A stretch of DNA of 64,000 nt from Desulfatiglandales bacterium (GTDB lineage: Bacteria > Desulfobacterota > DSM-4660 > Desulfatiglandales > Desulfatiglandaceae). Positions 9,942 through 18,556 of the stretch are shown here, in pieces. The notes under the pieces are model-generated. The model saw only the letters and a list, made by a program, of their open reading frames with translations. It was not told the origin of the DNA and did not search any database. The DNA lies in NCBI GenBank assembly GCA_963666345.1, contig OY762721.1, forward strand, positions 1,184,001 through 1,248,000. Reading direction: 5' to 3'. Position numbers and translations under genes: made by a program. Position 1 is the first letter of the stretch; each line of letters starts with the position of its first letter.

Positions 9942-11828
9942 TCACGCGCACTCGGCCAGGCATTTTTCACTATGGTATTTATGAAACTCTTCAGTACCCT
10001 CCTTTCCCATGTACCTGGAAAGTAGACGCTTGTCTGTCTCAATGAGATCAACAAAAATCAATGCGTCCAGTACGTCGCTGAAATTATGATCAATGTTGAA
10101 TTCAAGGATCTTTCCTCCCAGTCGAACATAATGCTTGAGTAGTATGGGGATACCCTTTTTATCCTCTTCAATCTCTGAAATGAGATCGGAAAGGCCCTGT
10201 ATATTAAGAGGCATGTTGAGCGCGGTCCTGATCTCCCGGCCCTTGATTTTTCTCCTTTTCAATGGGCTCCTCGCCTTTACATGGCGCGCAAGCTCCTTTT
10301 CCCGGTTATGAACCCTTAAGAATTCAACTATCAGCTGCCGGGAGACGGAACGGTAATCATTGGTTATACTGACGGGCCCGAAAAGGACTCTGTATCTCGG
10401 ATTGAGTGCCACATAACCGGCTATGCCCTTCCACAGGAGCATGAGCGGATGATAGGACCTCTGATATTCCGGCCTGATAAAAGACCTGCCCAGTTCGATG
10501 GCCGGATCACTCTGAGCCAGGAACCGTTTCCGGTAATGAAAAAGAGAGTGCGTGTAAAGCCCGTTCTTGCCGTACTCGGCAAGTATCCGGTCGGTAAGTC
10601 CCATACGATAGGCCCCTGCGATCTCCTGCCTTTCAAGGCTCCAGAGAAACACATGCAGGTAGTAGGAATCAAACCGGTCGAGATCCAGCTCTTTTCCGGT
10701 TCCTTCGCCCTCCTGCCTGAATGTTATTTCCCTGAGCCTGCCTATCTCACGTATTATATTGGGTATCTGCCGGGCCTCGGCCTGAAATACCGCGAATCTG
10801 TCCGTGTCTAAAAGCCTTTGCCCGGATGGGAGGGACTCCAGATCTTTCAGCAGACAATCCCTTGGTACGGGATCAATTATTGATTGATACTCATTTGTCC
10901 CGGCCTTTCTCCTTTTCGATACATTTTTCCTTAAGAATCCCTGCCTTGGAGGGCACAGCAGATAAGTCCTCATCCTGAGGTATTCCATAATCTCTTTGTC
11001 ACTCCGGAATTTATCAATCCTGTCAAAAGGGATCAGGTTGCCCACCTTGAGCAACACCTCTTTTTTGGACTTGTTGAGCATCTCCCTGGGCAGCATTATT
11101 GTCCTGAGCCTCGGATGAAGCAGCCCCGCCACCTGAAACAGCATGCTGTTTGATCCTGTAAAATGGACCGGCAGGACGGATGCGCCGGTCCTCCTTATGA
11201 TGCGGGCGATCATGTCCGTCCATTTGGGATCGGTTACCCCTCTCTTTGTGAATTGCATGTGAGACACTTCCCCGGAGGGGAAGACACAGGCCATGCCGCC
11301 CTGCCTGAGCCAGGACAGCACCTGCCTCATAGGTGCTATATTCGCCCTGACAGAATCGGCTCTACCAAAGGGATCAACAAATATGAACAGATCCCTGAGT
11401 TCAGGAATCCTGCCGAGCAGATAATTTGCCATCACCTTTACGTCGCTTCTTGCTGAAAGCAGCATCGAACTCAGGATTATCCCGTCAATACCTCCGAAAG
11501 GATGATTTGAGACAACAATAACAGGACCTTCCTTAGGTATCTTGAGAAGATCTCCATCAGACACTTCATAATTGATACCGAGAACCTCAAGCAGACTTTT
11601 AAGGAACTGGGGGGTATTTTCCGTGTTTGAAGCTCTCTTGTGGACCTTGCTCAATCTGTCAACAAGGAGAATTTTCTCTATGGCGCTTTTGGGAAAAGAC
11701 CTAAGTGTATGAAGTAAATGGGTTCGGCCCTCGGTTTCAGATTTATCAACGATCTCAAGATTATGCTTTTGCACCTGGAATCTCCTCTTTTCCGGTTTTC
11801 GCTGCATCATTTCCCGCCCCTGACTCAC
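9942..11828 (-). CDS. Bifunctional acyltransferase (PlsC-like O-acyltransferase plus GNAT N-acyltransferase), OlsF-like ornithine-lipid synthase
   Basis: N-terminal NHPFGGIDG (HxxxxD) and FPSGEV motifs. C-terminal EIGRLREITFR..GEGTG...DLDRFD, GAYR, ELGRSF, LLWKGI, LFGPVSI. The exact start is uncertain. Confidence 0.8.
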   Translation of the reverse strand: MSQGREMMQRKPEKRRFQVQKHNLEIVDKSETEGRTHLLHTLRSFPKSAIEKILLVDRLSKVHKRASNTENTPQFLKSLLEVLGINYEVSDGDLLKIPKEGPVIVVSNHPFGGIDGIILSSMLLSARSDVKVMANYLLGRIPELRDLFIFVDPFGRADSVRANIAPMRQVLSWLRQGGMACVFPSGEVSHMQFTKRGVTDPKWTDMIARIIRRTGASVLPVHFTGSNSMLFQVAGLLHPRLRTIMLPREMLNKSKKEVLLKVGNLIPFDRIDKFRSDKEIMEYLRMRTYLLCPPRQGFLRKNVSKRRKAGTNEYQSIIDPVPRDCLLKDLESLPSGQRLLDTDRFAVFQAEARQIPNIIREIGRLREITFRQEGEGTGKELDLDRFDSYYLHVFLWSLERQEIAGAYRMGLTDRILAEYGKNGLYTHSLFHYRKRFLAQSDPAIELGRSFIRPEYQRSYHPLMLLWKGIAGYVALNPRYRVLFGPVSITNDYRSVSRQLIVEFLRVHNREKELARHVKARSPLKRRKIKGREIRTALNMPLNIQGLSDLISEIEEDKKGIPILLKHYVRLGGKILEFNIDHNFSDVLDALIFVDLIETDKRLLSRYMGKEGTEEFHKYHSEKCLAECA

Positions 11829-11987
11829 GAGACAGGCCCGTTCTTTTTCAAAAGAGAGCTTTCCTCTACCCTGTTTCTTATAGACTCAATCTGTTTTTCC
11901 CTCTTTTCAATTTCTCAAAAAAGCATCACCATAAATGAACCACAGGGTCTAAACAGGAGATACTGCTTCGGGCCCGCTTTTCCGGGT

Positions 11988-13766
11988 TCAGCCTGTATAG
12001 GGTATATAAATCGTGAAGGTGCTCCCCTTTCCGGGAATGCTTTCCACATCTATCCTTCCTCCATGGGCCTGGGCTATATGCTTTACTATGGCAAGGCCCA
12101 GGCCGGTTCCGCCAAGGAGCCTGCTTCTAGCCTTGTCCACCCTGTAAAACCGCTCAAAGAGCCGTGAGAGGTGCTCTTTTTTAATGCCGCGGCCATCGTC
12201 AGCCACCCTTATTACTACCTCCCCCTTTTCAACGGTCGTGCTTACCCTGATCGTACTCTTCTCATCGCTGTACTTGACGGCGTTGTCAATAAGGTTGGCA
12301 ATCGCCTGCTCAAGAAGAGTGGCATCCAGTCTGGTTACATAATCCCCTTCAGAACGGTATTCAATAGTTATATCCTTGGATGCGGCGCTGGACTCACACA
12401 GCTGTATGGCGGTCTTTATGACGCCCTTTACGCCTGCCTCGACAAAATCGATATTACCTTCGTCTCTTTCCTGTTCTATCCTGGACAGCTGCAGGAGATC
12501 CTCTATGATCGCCTCAAGACGCTGAACATGGCGCTCTATTATCTCAAGAAAACGCTCGGCATCCTCCCTGTTTTCCATGCCGGCATCCCTGAGGGTCTCC
12601 ACGAAACCCTTTATCGCGGTTATCGGAGTCTTTATTTCATGAGAGACATTGGCCACAAAATCACGCCTGACATTCTCGAGTCTTTTCATCTTCGATATGT
12701 CGTTTAACACCACAAGGGCGCCGATCATCTCGCCTGCCGCGTCCTTTAAAAGGGTCCCATGCCCCTTTATAAAGCGCTCCTTATCCGAGGAAAGAACGAT
12801 ATCCCTTTCAACAGGCTCATCACTTATCAGGGTGTCTTTTACAAACCGGTTAAGCATGCTGTTTCGGACCACTTCCTGAATGCTAAGCCCCTTCGCATCG
12901 GAGGGGTTGCACTCAAGCATCCTTCCTGCCGCGTGGTTAAGGCTTATGATCATTTCCTCCTTGTCCACCGCTATCACACCTTCCACCATGCTGGACAGGA
13001 TCGCCTCTATCTCGTTTCTCTGTCTTTTTACGGTCTCGATACGCTCATGAAGCTGGACAGCCATCCCTTTCATGGCCTCTGAAAGTCCTGATATCTCTTC
13101 GGTCCTGGTGACAGGGAGGCTGCATTCAAAATTCCCCTCTGCAAGGCAGACGGCGCTTTTTCTGATATGTTCGATCGGACGGCTTATACGCCGCGACACG
13201 ATCAGGCTCAGACCCGCGGCAACAAGGGCCATGAAAAGACCGCCATAGGCTATCTTTACCTCCAGCCGTCTGATCTCCGTATCAATGGAGTCGACGGGTA
13301 TAGAAGTGCGCACAACGGCCGCGATCTTCTCGTCCCTTTTCACCGGTATGCCAACATACATCAAATCCCTTTCAAGGGTATTGCTGTACCTGGTGGACCT
13401 TCCTATACCCTCTTTGAGGGCGCTGAGGAATTCAGGCCTTGTTATATGGTTATCCATCCTTGAAGGGACCTCCTCTGAATCACCCACAACTCTTCCGGAG
13501 GGCAAAATCACTGTAATTCTTGTTGAGGAGTCTTTCCCTGATATCTTGCAGAGCCGGTCGATCCCCTGTTCATCAAGAGGACCAAGCATACCCCTTATCT
13601 GAGATCTGAACAGATTGGCCCTTGCAGCAAGGTCGGAAGATGTCTGCTCCAGAAAAAAGTGTTTCATGGATCTTGAAGCATAACCTGTTACTGCAAAAAG
13701 TGATATTACCGTGATAAGAATATAGGAGGGATAAAGCTGCCACAGCAGCCGCCTTTTTTTTGGCAT
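11988..13766 (-). CDS. phoR: Phosphate regulon sensor histidine kinase (HAMP-PAS-HisKA-HATPase)
   Basis: RRDFVANVSHEIKTP, NLIDNAVKYS, FERFYRVDKARSR..GGTGLGLAIVKH. Confidence 0.93.
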   Translation of the reverse strand: MPKKRRLLWQLYPSYILITVISLFAVTGYASRSMKHFFLEQTSSDLAARANLFRSQIRGMLGPLDEQGIDRLCKISGKDSSTRITVILPSGRVVGDSEEVPSRMDNHITRPEFLSALKEGIGRSTRYSNTLERDLMYVGIPVKRDEKIAAVVRTSIPVDSIDTEIRRLEVKIAYGGLFMALVAAGLSLIVSRRISRPIEHIRKSAVCLAEGNFECSLPVTRTEEISGLSEAMKGMAVQLHERIETVKRQRNEIEAILSSMVEGVIAVDKEEMIISLNHAAGRMLECNPSDAKGLSIQEVVRNSMLNRFVKDTLISDEPVERDIVLSSDKERFIKGHGTLLKDAAGEMIGALVVLNDISKMKRLENVRRDFVANVSHEIKTPITAIKGFVETLRDAGMENREDAERFLEIIERHVQRLEAIIEDLLQLSRIEQERDEGNIDFVEAGVKGVIKTAIQLCESSAASKDITIEYRSEGDYVTRLDATLLEQAIANLIDNAVKYSDEKSTIRVSTTVEKGEVVIRVADDGRGIKKEHLSRLFERFYRVDKARSRLLGGTGLGLAIVKHIAQAHGGRIDVESIPGKGSTFTIYIPYTG

Positions 13767-13769
13767 TGT

Positions 13770-14459
13770 CTATTCCCTGAAACGATAACCGACCCCTCGG
13801 ACGGTTTCGATGTAGTTTCCGGCAGATCCCAGTTTTTTCCTCAAACCCACTACCTGCACATCGACCGAACGGTCGGTAACGGGATAGTCTTCTCCCTTTA
13901 CGGCGTCGACTATCTGAGACCTGGTAAATACCCATCCAGGCCTTCGGGCAAGATAGTTGAGGATACCGAATTCCGTGAAGGTCAACTCGACCGGGACTCC
14001 CTTTAAAAGCGCCTCATGCCTGCCTGGATGAATAACCAGGTCATGGATCCTGATAACCGAGTCATCCCCTGCCTTCTCTCTTACGCTGTTTCTTCTCAAG
14101 GCGGCTCGCACCCTTGCGATAAGAACCCTGGGGCTGAATGGTTTTGCAATATAGTCATCGGCTCCAAGCTCAAGGCCTGTAACCACATCCGCCTCCTCAC
14201 CTTTGGCGGTAAGCATCACTATAGGTATATGACTGGTCTTCTCATCGTTTTTGAGATATCTTGTCACATCAAGCCCGTCGATCCCCGGCAGCATAAGGTC
14301 AAGCACTATAAGATCAGGAGACTTGCCACGGGCGATCTGAAGGGCCTTTTCACCGGACCCGGCCATAAAGACCTCATAGCCTTCCCTTGTAAAATTAAAC
14401 CTCAGCAGTTCAAGGATATCTTCTTCATCGTCTACTACGAGAATCTTCTCTTTTGCCAT
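13770..14459 (-). CDS. phoB: OmpR-family response regulator PhoB/PhoP
   Basis: Receiver domain (VVDD, LDLMLP, KPFS) plus winged helix (IETVRGVGYRF); 3 bp from phoR; next to pst genes. Confidence 0.9.
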   Translation of the reverse strand: MAKEKILVVDDEEDILELLRFNFTREGYEVFMAGSGEKALQIARGKSPDLIVLDLMLPGIDGLDVTRYLKNDEKTSHIPIVMLTAKGEEADVVTGLELGADDYIAKPFSPRVLIARVRAALRRNSVREKAGDDSVIRIHDLVIHPGRHEALLKGVPVELTFTEFGILNYLARRPGWVFTRSQIVDAVKGEDYPVTDRSVDVQVVGLRKKLGSAGNYIETVRGVGYRFRE

Positions 14460-14509
14460 CCACTCATCCTTAAGATTTGATCATAGTATGACACATAATC
14501 AGCTATTTT

Positions 14510-14548
14510 TGTTAGCATTCAGTGATTATTCTGTAAAGATTTTATTAA
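14510..14548 (-). promoter_or_regulatory. Pho-box-like array upstream of phoB (possible autoregulation)
   Basis: Coding-strand hexamers TTAATA, TTTACA, ATCACT, CTAACA at exact 11-bp spacing (plus-strand starts 14543, 14532, 14521, 14510). Confidence 0.6.
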
Positions 14549-14653
14549 ATATCTATCTTAAGTAACTAGTGTCAGGAAAACCGGGCACCGGTTTACCCCT
14601 GAAAGGGAGCAGGCTGCCATGCCGGCCGCTGAAATACATGAGATTGAGGGATA

Positions 14654-14735
14654 CTGACAAGTCAAAAAGCAGTGGAGCGAAGCGACTCCTTAATTTTAGG
14701 CACTTTCAATCTTATTTCATTATAGGCACTTATCC
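14654..14735. repeat. Short GGAGCGAAGCGACTC / TAGGCACTT repeat element, related to 45675-45796
   Basis: Shared GGAGC(G/A)AAGCGACTC core followed by TTTAG(G/T)CACTT-type units and TAGGCA(C/T)TTAT. Confidence 0.55.
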
Positions 14736-14811
14736 CCATTCACTCAAACAAAGCTGTTTTCCCCGACCCGCAGACAACCGGATTTTCTACAGTGAGACAA
14801 TGGATATCTTA

Positions 14812-14840
14812 TTGACAGGAGCATCCGCCTCTTACAAAAT
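14812..14840 (+). promoter_or_regulatory. Putative sigma70 promoter
   Basis: TTGACA-N17-CAAAAT, about 58 bp before the next start. Confidence 0.45.
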
Positions 14841-14897
14841 ACGTTGCTAACAATAGCTTGTACAGGCCGAAAACGCCATGATTGTAAGGAGAATAAA

Positions 14898-15131
14898 ATG
14901 GGCGAAAAATTCCTATGCCGCTGGTACGATGAGACTTCCGGAATGAAACGGGCCTATGACAGCGGGATGCTGGACATCAAATGGATAAGAGACTACTGCT
15001 GGAAAGAGGGCTCCGGCTGCGTAAGAAAAAAGCGCTTCGAGACCGAGGGTTATGTCTCGCCCGACTATGTGCTTCCCGACGGAACGGTCGATGAAAAACT
15101 TAAACAATGGGTTTTAGGGAAAAAAATGTGA
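14898..15131 (+). CDS. Small Cys-containing hypothetical protein (C.W...W...YC......CVR......G......LPDG)
   Basis: AAGGAGA RBS; 77-aa ORF whose stop overlaps the next start (TGATG). Confidence 0.7.
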   Translation: MGEKFLCRWYDETSGMKRAYDSGMLDIKWIRDYCWKEGSGCVRKKRFETEGYVSPDYVLPDGTVDEKLKQWVLGKKM

Positions 15132-15625
15132 TGGAAATAAGGATCGTGCGCAGCAGAAGAAGAAAAAAAACCATTGAGGCAAGACAGATTGAAGGGCGTC
15201 TGGAGATCCTTGCTCCCGCCTTTATGACGGATGAGGAGCTGAGGCCGCACATCAAAAGACTTAAGACGCGCATCCTGAAACGTGTTGTGAAATCCGAACT
15301 GAATGACGGCTCCCTTCAAAAAAGGGCGGAGCTTCTGAACAAGCGCTATTTTGGAAACATGCTCAGATTGGACAGCATAAAATGGGTAACCAATCAGGAA
15401 AAGCGGTTCGGAAGCTGCACGCCTGGAAAAAGGAGCATCCGGATATCTCATATGATCTCCGCTATGCCCCGCTTTGTGATAGACTATGTCATCATTCATG
15501 AACTGGCACATCTTAAAGAAGCGAACCACGGCAGAAAATTCTGGGACCTTGTGTATCTTTTCCCAAAGGCGGAAAGAGCCAGGGGATATCTCATGGCGGT
15601 CGGTATGGAGCAGATGGAAGAATGA
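15131..15625 (+). CDS. YgjP/DUF45-type zincin (HExxH) metallohydrolase
   Basis: RSRRRKKT, RFGSC, IDYVIIHELAHL..NHG..FW. Confidence 0.85.
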   Translation: MEIRIVRSRRRKKTIEARQIEGRLEILAPAFMTDEELRPHIKRLKTRILKRVVKSELNDGSLQKRAELLNKRYFGNMLRLDSIKWVTNQEKRFGSCTPGKRSIRISHMISAMPRFVIDYVIIHELAHLKEANHGRKFWDLVYLFPKAERARGYLMAVGMEQMEE

Positions 15626-15686
15626 ATCGCACCTGTTTGCCTTTTATCTCACTTCCTCAGGCCATGCCTGCAAAGCTGTCATCCAC

Positions 15687-15716
15687 TTGACTTCAACCTG
15701 ACATAATTATTATAAT
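15687..15716 (+). promoter_or_regulatory. Putative sigma70 promoter
   Basis: TTGACT-N18-TATAAT upstream of the PAS gene. Confidence 0.55.
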
Positions 15717-15803
15717 TGTAACCGGATATTTTTATTTTTTCTATACTTCCGGTTTCATTTCCGCATCTCTGTCCTTTCGGGCCTCATTGCAAAAGGGGGT
15801 ATC

Positions 15804-16394
15804 ATGATAACAGGAAAAAACATCAATCCCCGTTTTAAGGATCAGATTTTAGACGGCCTTATCCACATCATCATTTATCAGGACATGGAGATGAGGATAC
15901 AGTGGGCCAACAGGGCCGCTTTAGATCTTATCGGCCTGCCCCCGGAACAGGTGATTGGACGCAGATGTCATGAAGTCATCTTTGATACGAACCACCCTTG
16001 CAAGGATTGTGCGGTTAAAAGGGCACTTGCCTCAAACTCCACCGAGCATGGCGAAATGACAACCCCTGACGGCCGGACATGGCTTGTGACCGCCAATCCC
16101 ATTTTTGATGAACATGGAAATGTAATCGGGGCGGCGGGAATCTCAATCGACATAACAGAGGTAAAAAAACTCAGAGCTGAAAAGGAATCGCTGCTAAAGG
16201 CCCTTGAACAGGCTTCTCAAAAGGCAAAAACATTGGAGAACCTGATCCCCATATGCGCGGTGTGCAAAAGGATACGTGACGGCAAAGGGGCCTGGAATCA
16301 GGTCGAATCATATATCCAGGAACATTCCGATTTAAGATTCAGCCATTGTATCTGCCCTGAGTGCGCAAAAGAGCACTACAAGGATCTTCTCTAG
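15804..16394 (+). CDS. PAS-domain protein with coiled coil and C-terminal Cys4 (CxxC...CxxC) module
   Basis: WANRAA..IG..PEQVIGRRCHE, DITE, LIPICAVCKRIRD....W..VESYI..HS...FSHCICPEC. Confidence 0.85.
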   Translation: MITGKNINPRFKDQILDGLIHIIIYQDMEMRIQWANRAALDLIGLPPEQVIGRRCHEVIFDTNHPCKDCAVKRALASNSTEHGEMTTPDGRTWLVTANPIFDEHGNVIGAAGISIDITEVKKLRAEKESLLKALEQASQKAKTLENLIPICAVCKRIRDGKGAWNQVESYIQEHSDLRFSHCICPECAKEHYKDLL

Positions 16395-16465
16395 ACCCCA
16401 TCCGGACCTGTTTGACCATTACCTGGCAGGTGATCTGACCTGTACTGTAATCAAAGGTAAAAAAA

Positions 16466-17071
16466 ATGGCCGCTTCAAACAAGACCTTTGAAAAAACATA
16501 TGAGGGGTACCTGAACGCGGTAAACCGGGTTGATTTCAAGCCACTCAAGGAGAGGCTGGGCCTGACCTTATATGAAAGCGGAGTCGAAATCCCGCTGTTT
16601 GACGATTCATTCATGATCTCAAGTAACGGGATAACGGACAGCCAGGGGCAAAGGGCACCTCATGAAGTCTGTGTCGTCCTGTCAAGATACATACTTCTAT
16701 GTCCCGACCCGGCCCCGGAAAAAGGGAAGTTGACCTCATACAGGGATTTCAGGGATTCCGGTCCCTTGACCGTATACTTCGAAAATGACGTCGAAGGTGC
16801 CATAGCCGGCAGTTTTTCCTCAAGGCTGGATGAACTTGAAAAGGCATGCGGAAAAATCGGGGGAAGGCCTGGCAAGATCGAAGTAAAATACGACCTTTGC
16901 TTTACCTTTGATGCCCTTCCGAGGATTCCCCTTGTTCTTCTTTTTAACGATCTTGATGAAGAATTCCCGGCCGGCTGTTCAGTCCTGTTTGAAAGCAGCG
17001 CCGTAAGCTACCTGGACCCGGAATGCCTCGCCATGATAGGAAGGCTGCTTTATATTAAGCTGGCGGGATGA
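16466..17071 (+). CDS. DUF3786-like protein
   Basis: SYRDF, YDL..TFDALPRIPL.LLFND.DEEFPA.CSVLF....YLD.ECL pattern. Confidence 0.75.
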   Translation: MAASNKTFEKTYEGYLNAVNRVDFKPLKERLGLTLYESGVEIPLFDDSFMISSNGITDSQGQRAPHEVCVVLSRYILLCPDPAPEKGKLTSYRDFRDSGPLTVYFENDVEGAIAGSFSSRLDELEKACGKIGGRPGKIEVKYDLCFTFDALPRIPLVLLFNDLDEEFPAGCSVLFESSAVSYLDPECLAMIGRLLYIKLAG

Positions 17072-17083
17072 AAAGAAAAATCT

Positions 17084-18556
17084 TCATGACGCTTCAAGGC
17101 AGGTCTTGCTGAATTGTTTATCGATCGGCACCGGATAGTTACCGTCAAAGCAGGCGAGACATAGTTCATCCCTGGGTATGTGAGTGGCCTTGACCAGCTT
17201 GTCGATCCCAAGATATCCGAGGCTGTCGAGCCCGGCGAATTCCCTTATCTCATCCACCGATTTGCTGGCCGCTATCAACTCACCCCTTGTCGTAAAATCG
17301 ATACCGTAATGGCACGGGAAGCGGTGCGGGGGGCAGCTCACAAGCATGTGGATCTCCTTTGCCCCGATCTCCCTCAAGGTCTTTATCCTTGTCCGGGCTG
17401 TAGTACCCCTTATTATGGAGTCCTCGATTATAAGTACCCTTTTCCCCTTAAGGAGTTCCTTTACCGGATTCAGCTTAACCTTGACGCCGAAATCCCGCAT
17501 GCTCTGGGAGGGCTGTATAAAGGTCCTTCCCACGTAGTGATTCCTTATCATACCCATTTCAAGCGGAATTCCTGATGCCCTGGCGACACCGATGGCGGCA
17601 TAATTGCCCGAGTCGGGAAAAGGCATTACAAAATCCACCTTCCTGTCAAATCCCTCCGCGAGAAGTTCACCCTGCCTTTTGCGAAACTCGTATACATTCT
17701 GACCGAACACATTGCTGTCAGGCCTGGAAAAATATATGAGTTCGAATATACACTGGCTTTTTCGTGTCTTTTTCTCGAGGGGAATACTTTTTAGCCCCTT
17801 ATCATCTATCACTATTATCTCGCCGGGCTCAACCTCCCTCATATACTTCGCCCCGACCAGGTCGAAAGAACATGTCTCGGAGGCAACTACGTAACCCTTG
17901 TCCAGTTTCCCTATACAGAGAGGCCTGAATCCCTGAGGGTCCTTGCACGCTACAAGTTTGTCCTGAGTCATTATCAATACGGAATAGGCGCCCTTGATAG
18001 TTTTCATGGTATCGGCCATGGCATTTTCAAGACCGTTTTTGAGTGACTTGGCAAGAAGATGAAGTACGACCTCGCTGTCCATGCTGGTCTGAAATATGGA
18101 GCCCCTTTTTTCCAGTTCTTCTTTTATCTCACGCGCGTTAACCAGATTTCCGTTGTGAGCTATTGCCAGGGTATTGCCTGAATACTGGACCCTGAAAGGT
18201 TGGGCGTTAACCAGAAGAGACGATCCGGTCGTTGAGTATCTAACATGCCCCAGAGCCATATGGCCCTTGAGTTGATCGAGGATACTTTCGTTGAATATGT
18301 CATGTACAAGGCCCATGGCCTTGTGCTCGAGCACCCTTTGTCCGTCGGAGGTCATTATTCCGGCGCTTTCCTGGCCCCGGTGCTGAAGGGCGTAAAGGCC
18401 GAAATAGGTCAGTTTAGCGGCCTCCGGGTGCCCGTAAATGGCAAATATGCCGCATTCCTCTCTCGGCCGGCAAGGATTAAGACAGGACCTTTCCTCATCG
18501 GTATTCATATCTGCGGCCTGAGGCACGGCGCGGGGAAAAACAGGATCATCAGACAT
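17084..18556 (-). CDS. purF: Amidophosphoribosyltransferase (propeptide, [4Fe-4S] type)
   Basis: PREECGIF N-terminal nucleophile, [36 protein letters not shown]. Confidence 0.97.
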   Translation of the reverse strand: MSDDPVFPRAVPQAADMNTDEERSCLNPCRPREECGIFAIYGHPEAAKLTYFGLYALQHRGQESAGIMTSDGQRVLEHKAMGLVHDIFNESILDQLKGHMALGHVRYSTTGSSLLVNAQPFRVQYSGNTLAIAHNGNLVNAREIKEELEKRGSIFQTSMDSEVVLHLLAKSLKNGLENAMADTMKTIKGAYSVLIMTQDKLVACKDPQGFRPLCIGKLDKGYVVASETCSFDLVGAKYMREVEPGEIIVIDDKGLKSIPLEKKTRKSQCIFELIYFSRPDSNVFGQNVYEFRKRQGELLAEGFDRKVDFVMPFPDSGNYAAIGVARASGIPLEMGMIRNHYVGRTFIQPSQSMRDFGVKVKLNPVKELLKGKRVLIIEDSIIRGTTARTRIKTLREIGAKEIHMLVSCPPHRFPCHYGIDFTTRGELIAASKSVDEIREFAGLDSLGYLGIDKLVKATHIPRDELCLACFDGNYPVPIDKQFSKTCLEAS

